From a candidate division WOR-3 bacterium (GTDB lineage Bacteria > Hydrothermota > Tepidihabitantia > Tepidihabitantales > DTDR01): a DNA stretch of 22,790 nt. Where the stretch lies: assembly GCA_039801885.1 (NCBI GenBank), contig JBDRVN010000024.1, forward strand, positions 1-22,790, in the 5' to 3' direction. Position 1 is the first letter of the stretch; the number at the start of each line of letters is the position of its first letter. Positions 17,015 to 22,790 of the stretch are shown here, one piece after another. Both the position numbers and the translations under genes were made by a program. The notes under the pieces were generated by a model. That model worked only from the letters and a program-made list of their open reading frames with translations. It was not told the DNA's origin and made no database searches.

Positions 17015-18874
17015 TTAAGTTAAAAATTTTTCGGGAATAATATAATCACCGAATCTATTTTGAGCTTTTAATAATCTTTCTTTTTGTTCTTTTAGTATTT
17101 GAAAAACTTCTTCTGGCGCGTTTTCTTTTTCGTAGAATTTTATTATTCTTTCAATTTTACCCAAATTTTCATTAACTCGTAAACAGAATTGTTTATGATA
17201 ATCTTCTAAAGAGTAATCTTTATTCAAAACTTCTCTAAAAAGAATTTTTAAATCTTCATAATAAGGAATACAGCCGGTAGGAGTTTTTATTGCTTTCACT
17301 TCATTGTGAACTCTTTTTTCCATCCATTTATACCAGACTTTTTTATCGGTCTTTTCATTTAGGAAATTGCCATTTTTATCTTTAAGAAAATAATTAACCC
17401 CGAATATCTTAACCTCTCTTTTTAATTTTTTGCCAAATTCCAAATAAATCTTTAAATATTTGCTTAAAGAAATTGACAAAAAATCAAGATTAGACATTGG
17501 ATTAATTTTTTTAATTCCGGTTTCTCCCAGAGTTGCTGGTGTAGTTTCGGATTCTAAGGCAGCGCCTTTAGTAATAACTCCGTGAACCCAATCAAAAGCC
17601 TCTTCTACCGGTAGGGAAGTATCGGTATCTCTTCCACCATAAACAATTCCGCTGATTAATACCCCTTCGGGATTTTCTAAAGCATCTAAATCTAAATTTT
17701 CAAAATGTTTTAATTCAATAGTGAAACGGGAATTATTATGAGAAGGAGGTATTTCCTTGCCTTTTTCGTCTTTCTTACCTAAATACCATTCGCCTGAAAA
17801 ATTATACCCTTCCTTAGGAATTTCTTTACTTTTTCCATTCCAATAGATATAACCGTTTTTCGTAAGCAAAGCATTAGCAAAGATTATTTCTCGTGGAGTA
17901 GTAAGTGCCTTATAAAGAATTGGGTCATCTTCTTTATTAATTCCTTCTAAAATTCCAAACATACCTTTTTCAACATTTATCGCTCTCAATTCACCATTTT
18001 TGATAAAAAGATAAGCAATATCATCACCAACTAATCTTTCTCCTTCCATCATCGCAGTAGAAGTCTTACCACAATAAGAAGGAAAGGCACCAGTAAAATA
18101 AGTCACCCTTCCATTAGGTCCATTAATTCCCATTATCAACATATGCTCACAAAGCCAACCTTCTTTATAACCCAAATAAATCGCCAAACGCATTGCTAAT
18201 TTTTTTAAACCAATAGAATTTCCACCATATTGAGTGTTGATACTGTAGCAAGTTAAATTGTCTCGGTCAATAAAAATTCTTCTTTTATCAAGATTTTTAC
18301 AGGTTTTTCTTTCGTCTAATTCTCCTTGGCTGTGAATAAATTTGAAAAAGCGGTTTTCCAATGTTAAAAAAGCTTGATAGCCTAAACGATAAAGTAAATT
18401 TTCGCAATGACAGACATATGAAGAATCAGTTAGTTGAACAGCCGGAATCGCGTAAGTTGAATTTTTTGGTCCCAGGAGGTAAAAAATAATATAAAGTTCT
18501 CGGTCTTTCATTATATCTTTTAAAAGGGTATTGATTTCTAAAAGCCCTTCTTTTTGTGAGAAAACAACGATCTCTTCGCCCAATTTTTCTTCTTCCTTTA
18601 ATAAGATTTTGGTATTCTTTTTATCCCGGGCTTGGTCATAATAATTGTCAAAATGAATAGTATGACCGGGGATAGAAGTCAAAATCTCTTCACCAGTTTC
18701 TAATGCTCTTTTTTTGATATAATCAAAATCTTTTTCTTCGGTAACCAAATAGATTTCTTTTGGATTAAGGAGTTCTAAATAAAAAGATAAAAAAGAGAAT
18801 AGTTCTTTATTTTTAATTTTTAATAACTTCTCCCAATGGTCTTTTTTAAATTTCTTTTCGAATTTCTGAAGCAT
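17015..18874 (-). CDS. pckG: GTP-dependent phosphoenolpyruvate carboxykinase
   Basis: YGGNSIGLKK, EGWLCEHM, FPSYCGKTS, VGDDIAY, NSRFT, YGGRD, NPMSNLDF. Confidence 0.93.
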   Translation of the reverse strand: MLQKFEKKFKKDHWEKLLKIKNKELFSFLSFYLELLNPKEIYLVTEEKDFDYIKKRALETGEEILTSIPGHTIHFDNYYDQARDKKNTKILLKEEEKLGEEIVVFSQKEGLLEINTLLKDIMKDRELYIIFYLLGPKNSTYAIPAVQLTDSSYVCHCENLLYRLGYQAFLTLENRFFKFIHSQGELDERKTCKNLDKRRIFIDRDNLTCYSINTQYGGNSIGLKKLAMRLAIYLGYKEGWLCEHMLIMGINGPNGRVTYFTGAFPSYCGKTSTAMMEGERLVGDDIAYLFIKNGELRAINVEKGMFGILEGINKEDDPILYKALTTPREIIFANALLTKNGYIYWNGKSKEIPKEGYNFSGEWYLGKKDEKGKEIPPSHNNSRFTIELKHFENLDLDALENPEGVLISGIVYGGRDTDTSLPVEEAFDWVHGVITKGAALESETTPATLGETGIKKINPMSNLDFLSISLSKYLKIYLEFGKKLKREVKIFGVNYFLKDKNGNFLNEKTDKKVWYKWMEKRVHNEVKAIKTPTGCIPYYEDLKILFREVLNKDYSLEDYHKQFCLRVNENLGKIERIIKFYEKENAPEEVFQILKEQKERLLKAQNRFGDYIIPEKFLT

Positions 18875-18879
18875 AATAA

Positions 18880-18923
18880 ATTATACAAAAAATATTTGAC
18901 TTTTCAAAAAATTTCCATATATT
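18880..18923. promoter_or_regulatory. overlapping divergent promoters for pckG (-) and tRNA-Ile (+)
   Basis: Minus: TTGAAA(18907-18902)-16-TATAAT(18885-18880), then 5 nt to ATG 18874. Plus: TTGACT(18896-18901)-16-TATATT(18918-18923). Confidence 0.6.
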
Positions 18924-18931
18924 TTTATAAA

Positions 18932-19003
18932 GGGCCTATAGCTCAGTGGTAGAGCGTCCCGCTGATAACGGGAAGGTCAGAGGTTCGATCCCTCTTAGGC
19001 CCA
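18932..19003 (+). tRNA. tRNA-Ile(GAT), CCA not encoded
   Basis: Acceptor GGGCCTA/TAGGCCC, anticodon arm TCCCG-CTGATAA-CGGGA, T arm AGAGGTTCGATCCCTCT. Confidence 0.97.
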
Positions 19004-19014
19004 TTTTTTTTAAA

Positions 19015-19069
19015 TTATAAAAATAGAAAGGAGCCCTCTCAGTTGTTGAGTTTAAAAGAGAGGGCTCCT
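19015..19069 (-). terminator. probable intrinsic terminator of the secA operon
   Basis: 12-bp perfect stem AGGAGCCCTCTC/GAGAGGGCTCCT (19029-19040 with 19058-19069), 17-nt loop, followed on the minus strand by TTCTATTTTT. Confidence 0.6.
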
Positions 19070-19172
19070 ATTAAATAATTAATTAGGAAATAGGAAAAGA
19101 CCTTTTCTTGAAGAAGAATTAAAAGTGAGAAGTAAGAAACGTACTATTAATCTTTTTTTCCTCATTATATGA

Positions 19173-19583
19173 TTATTCGCCTTCCTCTTCACCGCCTTTT
19201 CTTAATGTTCTAAGAAGTGCTCTTGCTTCTTTTCTCAAATCGGTAACTTTGTCCCACCAAACTCTTCTTTCTTCTTCGGTTTGAAGTTGATTAAACTTTT
19301 CAGTTTCAGTTTTCCATTCCGCAACTTTCGCATCAATTTGGGTCATTATATTACTTTCTTCGGCAGTTGGGCTAGCAATTTTGCCTTTCTCCCGCTCGTA
19401 TCTTCTTTGAAATTTTTCAATGTCTTCTAACATATTTTGATAATCCTTTTGCCAGTCAGCCATATCTCTTGTGCGGTGATAAGGTCCTAATGTGCCAGCC
19501 TGTCGCCGAGAAATAATAGTAAAAATCACACCGGCAACGACCACAATACCAACGATTGTCCAAACTATTGTTCTCGTTTTCAT
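19173..19583 (-). CDS. hypothetical single-pass membrane protein with a helical/coiled-coil C-domain
   Basis: TM TIVWTIVGIVVVAGVIFTII followed by a charged helical region; strong SD AAGGAGG; 22 nt downstream of secA. Confidence 0.8.
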   Translation of the reverse strand: MKTRTIVWTIVGIVVVAGVIFTIISRRQAGTLGPYHRTRDMADWQKDYQNMLEDIEKFQRRYEREKGKIASPTAEESNIMTQIDAKVAEWKTETEKFNQLQTEEERRVWWDKVTDLRKEARALLRTLRKGGEEEGE

Positions 19584-19605
19584 TGCTTCCTCCTTTTTAA
19601 ATTAT

Positions 19606-22584
19606 TTATTTTTTCCCGCAGCATTTTTTATATTTTTTCCCTGACCCACAAGGGCAGGGGTCGTTTCTTCCAACCTTTTTTTCTTTTATTACTTGTTGTG
19701 AAGATATTTCTTCTGGTTGTTCATTAGGGGTGGCTGTAACGGTTGGTTTATATGCCACCACTCTTCTTGGTGCCTTCCCTTCCTTGGGAGCCACCGCAAT
19801 TCTAAATAACATTGTTATACTTTCTTTATAAAATTCAAACATTAATGTTTGAAAAAGATTATAGGCTTCTTTCTGATACTCAATTAATGGATCTTGATGA
19901 CCGTAAGCACGCCAATTTATTCCTTCGCGAATAGTGTCTAATTCCCTCAAAAGATGTTGCCATTTCGAATCCAAAGTTCTCAAAAAGATAAATTTAATAA
20001 GCTCCCGAAAAGTTTCTTCTCCCAATTCTTCTTTTCTTCTTAATACTCGGTTCTTGGTAATAGCGATAAGCTTTTCCTTTAAAATTTCTTTTTTCATTTT
20101 AGGTATCTCCTCTTGGGGTATTTGAAGGTCAACAAGATAAATAATTCCGAATTCTGCTTTTAGCTCATCCCATTGCCAATTTTCCGGAAACTTATCGGTA
20201 ATATATTTATCAATGAGATTGTCAACAATTGCTTCGCTCGCTTCATCATAAAGATTCATTATGTTTTCGCCCTTAAGAATTTCGTCTCGCCAGGCATAAA
20301 CTACTTCTCTTTGTTTATTCATTACATTGTCAAAATCTAAAAGATGTTTTCTAATTTCAAAATTTCGCATTTCTACTCTTTTTTGAGCATTCTCTATTGC
20401 CCTGGTAACTAATGGATGGGTTAGTGGCTCCATCTCTTTTTTACCAAATCTTTCCATAATACTTACTACTCGGTCGCTACCAAAAAGACGCATTAAGTCA
20501 TCTTCTAAAGATAATAAGAATCGCGATAAACCAGGATCTCCTTGTCGTCCACTTCTTCCTCGCAATTGGTTATCAATTCTTCTCGCTTCATGCCTTTCGG
20601 TACCAATAATATATAATCCACAGAGTGGTTCTTCTAAACACTTTCCAGGATTTTTCTCCCAATATTCACATTCGCCTTCGCCATTGCTATTGATATAACA
20701 TTTTTTCCCTTTTACTACTCCTGGTCCTAATTTTATATCTGTTCCCCGACCAGCCATATTGGTAGCAATTGTTACGGCATAAGGTTGCCCAGCCTTAGCA
20801 ACAATCTCTGCTTCTTTCTGATGATGTTTAGCATTTAAAACCTGATGATTTATCCCTTTTCTTCTTAACATCCTGGATAATAACTCAGAAACCTCTACCG
20901 AGGTAGTGCCCACTAAAATTGGTCTTCCTATTTTATGCCATTTTTCTATCTCATCTAAAATTGCCTTATATTTTTCATTTTTTGTTTTATATATGATATC
21001 GGGTGCATCAATTCTTCTAATTGGCTTATGGGTTGGTATTACCACCACATCTAATTTATAAATATCCCAAAATTCTTTTGCTTCGGTAGCTGCTGTTCCG
21101 GTCATTCCGGCAAGCTTCTTATAAAGTCGGAAGTAATTTTGTAAGGTAATCATCGCTAAGGTTTGGGTTTCGGCTTGAACTTTTACATTTTCTTTTGCTT
21201 CTAAGGCTTCATGAATACCGTCGGAGAATCTTCTTCCCGGCATCAAACGCCCGGTGAATTCGTCAACAATGACTACTTTCCCATCCTGAACAATGTAATC
21301 AACATCTCTTTTGAAATGGTCAAAGGCTTTAAGTAATGCTTCCAAGGAAGCTAGTTTTTCATTTTTTTGGGCATAGATTTCATAAAGTTTTTCTTTTTCA
21401 AATATTTTTTCTTTGGGAGTTAAATTAGGATCTTCGTCAATCTTTTTTGTTTCAATAGCCAAATCCGGTAATAAGAAAAAGTCCAGGTCTCTGAGATATT
21501 CAATTATTTGTTTCCTACCTTTTTCGGTTAGTCTGATACTGTGTTCTTTTTCATCAGTAACATAATAAAGTTCTTCATCTAATTCATAAATCTTTTTCTC
21601 CCGGATAAATTCTAATTCAGTTCTTTCAATCAGTTTTTTTACTTCTACCTCTCTTTCAGCTTTTAAAAATTGAGTATTTTTTGGTGAGCCTCTTTTTGCT
21701 TGTAAGAATTTTATTCCTGCCTCTCTAATCTTTCCTTCCTTTAATAATTTCATTCCTTCCTCAACAATGCGAGAAACTAATACCGTTTGTAAGTTATATA
21801 AAGTTCTTACGGCAGGCATTAATTCTTTGTAGATATCTTTTTCTTCCTCTTCGACCGGACCAGAAATAATTAAAGGGGTTCTTGCTTCATCAATTAAAAT
21901 CGAATCCACCTCATCAACAATTGCGTAATAATGTCCCCTTTGAACCTTGTCTTCCCATCTTAAAACCATATGGTCACGAAGATAATCAAAACCAAATTCA
22001 TTATTAGTTCCATAAGTGATGTCACAATTATATTCCTTTTTTCTTTCTTCAGATTCCATTCCTTGTTGGATACAACCAACTGTTAAACCAAGGGTTTCGT
22101 ACACCGGTCCCATCCATTCTTTATCTCTTTTTGCTAAATAATCGTTTACTGTTACTAAATGGACATTTTTACCGGTTAAGGCATTTAAATATAAAGGCAT
22201 AGTAGCAACCAGAGTTTTTCCTTCACCAGTTTTCATTTCGGCAATCTTTCCTTGATGAAGCACAATGGCACCTAATAGTTGGACATCATAGGGAACCATA
22301 TCCCAAGTTGTTTCAATACCGCACACTGACCATTTTTTACCTAAGAGGCTTCGACAGGCTTCTTTTACCAACCCATAAGCCTCCGGCAAAATTGAATCCA
22401 AACTTTCTCCTTCGGAAATTCTTTTCTTAAAATCTTCGGTTTTTTTCTTAAAATCTTCTTCTTTTAGACCTTTAAATTTTTCAAAATAATTATTAATTTG
22501 GTCAACAATGGGTAAAAGTCTTTTTAATTCTCTTTCGTTTTTTGTGCCCCCAAACAATTTAATTAAAATAGTAGATAGTCCCAT
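19606..22584 (-). CDS. secA: preprotein translocase ATPase SecA
   Basis: MKTGEGKT, IVDEVDSILIDEARTPLIISG, TIATNMAGRGTDI, GTERHE, QLRGRSGRQGD, C-terminal SEC-C GRNDPCPCGSGKKYKKCC. Confidence 0.99.
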   Translation of the reverse strand: MGLSTILIKLFGGTKNERELKRLLPIVDQINNYFEKFKGLKEEDFKKKTEDFKKRISEGESLDSILPEAYGLVKEACRSLLGKKWSVCGIETTWDMVPYDVQLLGAIVLHQGKIAEMKTGEGKTLVATMPLYLNALTGKNVHLVTVNDYLAKRDKEWMGPVYETLGLTVGCIQQGMESEERKKEYNCDITYGTNNEFGFDYLRDHMVLRWEDKVQRGHYYAIVDEVDSILIDEARTPLIISGPVEEEEKDIYKELMPAVRTLYNLQTVLVSRIVEEGMKLLKEGKIREAGIKFLQAKRGSPKNTQFLKAEREVEVKKLIERTELEFIREKKIYELDEELYYVTDEKEHSIRLTEKGRKQIIEYLRDLDFFLLPDLAIETKKIDEDPNLTPKEKIFEKEKLYEIYAQKNEKLASLEALLKAFDHFKRDVDYIVQDGKVVIVDEFTGRLMPGRRFSDGIHEALEAKENVKVQAETQTLAMITLQNYFRLYKKLAGMTGTAATEAKEFWDIYKLDVVVIPTHKPIRRIDAPDIIYKTKNEKYKAILDEIEKWHKIGRPILVGTTSVEVSELLSRMLRRKGINHQVLNAKHHQKEAEIVAKAGQPYAVTIATNMAGRGTDIKLGPGVVKGKKCYINSNGEGECEYWEKNPGKCLEEPLCGLYIIGTERHEARRIDNQLRGRSGRQGDPGLSRFLLSLEDDLMRLFGSDRVVSIMERFGKKEMEPLTHPLVTRAIENAQKRVEMRNFEIRKHLLDFDNVMNKQREVVYAWRDEILKGENIMNLYDEASEAIVDNLIDKYITDKFPENWQWDELKAEFGIIYLVDLQIPQEEIPKMKKEILKEKLIAITKNRVLRRKEELGEETFRELIKFIFLRTLDSKWQHLLRELDTIREGINWRAYGHQDPLIEYQKEAYNLFQTLMFEFYKESITMLFRIAVAPKEGKAPRRVVAYKPTVTATPNEQPEEISSQQVIKEKKVGRNDPCPCGSGKKYKKCCGKK

Positions 22585-22621
22585 AAATTTTAATCTTTAC
22601 CTAAACATCCCTTATAAAATA

Positions 22622-22650
22622 ATTATAACAAAAGAGAAAAATTTTGTCAA
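22622..22650 (-). promoter_or_regulatory. full-consensus sigma70 promoter of secA
   Basis: TTGACA(22650-22645)-17 bp-TATAAT(22627-22622) with extended -10 TGn. Confidence 0.85.
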
Positions 22651-22677
22651 TAAATATTTATTGAATTATTTAACTTA

Positions 22678-22705
22678 TTGACCAAAAATAAATTTTATTT
22701 AAAAT
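22678..22705 (+). promoter_or_regulatory. promoter of tRNA-Cys
   Basis: TTGACC(22678-22683)-16 bp-TAAAAT(22700-22705). Confidence 0.6.
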
Positions 22706-22713
22706 TCTTTTAT

Positions 22714-22786
22714 GGCGGCGTAGCCAAGCAGCTAAGGCGGCGGTCTGCAAAACCGCTATTCCCGGGTGCAAATCCCGGCGCCGCCT
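22714..22786 (+). tRNA. tRNA-Cys(GCA) with atypical D/T loops, CCA not encoded
   Basis: Acceptor GGCGGCG/CGCCGCC, U73, anticodon arm GCGGT-CTGCAAA-ACCGC, T arm CCGGG-TGCAAAT-CCCGG. Confidence 0.93.
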
Positions 22787-22790
22787 CTTA

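Noticed and set aside
19173..19583. SecM/MifM/VemP-like secretion-monitor arrest peptide
   Set aside because: It lies downstream of secA rather than upstream, and has no RAPP/RAGP-like C-terminal motif.
1190..20125. Short ORFs 1190-1396, 1918-2136, 2095-2379, 3285-3533, 5803-6042, 6123-6344, 7668-7916, 9068-9430, 13551-13733, 13636-13881, 14983-15174 and 19934-20125
   Set aside because: All lie within or antisense to well-supported genes and show no recognisable motifs; treated as shadow ORFs.
22597..22608. 3-codon upstream ORF (Met-Phe-Arg) in the secA leader
   Set aside because: Too short, no spaced RBS, and expected by chance.

Overview
Very AT-rich bacterial chromosome segment with mostly housekeeping and envelope genes. 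No integrase, transposase, CRISPR array or prophage is visible. Gene content (T9SS-type C-terminal sorting domains, a gingipain-family C25 protein, a PorV/PorQ-like barrel, long FCB-type SecA, GTP-PEPCK) suggests a diderm FCB-related lineage such as candidate division WOR-3; this is inference only. In order: 3' part of a secreted CTD protein; an operon of a hypothetical exported protein, Lhr-like helicase and GT4; tRNA-Gly; a small beta-barrel gene; tRNA-Glu; a C25 protein; fur-feoA-feoA-feoB with a Fur box; nadE; PorV/PorQ-like gene plus livHMGF; pckG; tRNA-Ile; a membrane-anchored coiled-coil gene; secA; tRNA-Cys. I found no clearly new multi-gene system. The best leads are residue-level: a 4-Cys insert in the SecA motor, a C25 protein lacking its catalytic His and prodomain, a NadE glutaminase domain with Cys replaced by Gly, a tRNA-Cys with A18/G55 instead of G18/U55, and several apparently leaderless mRNAs.
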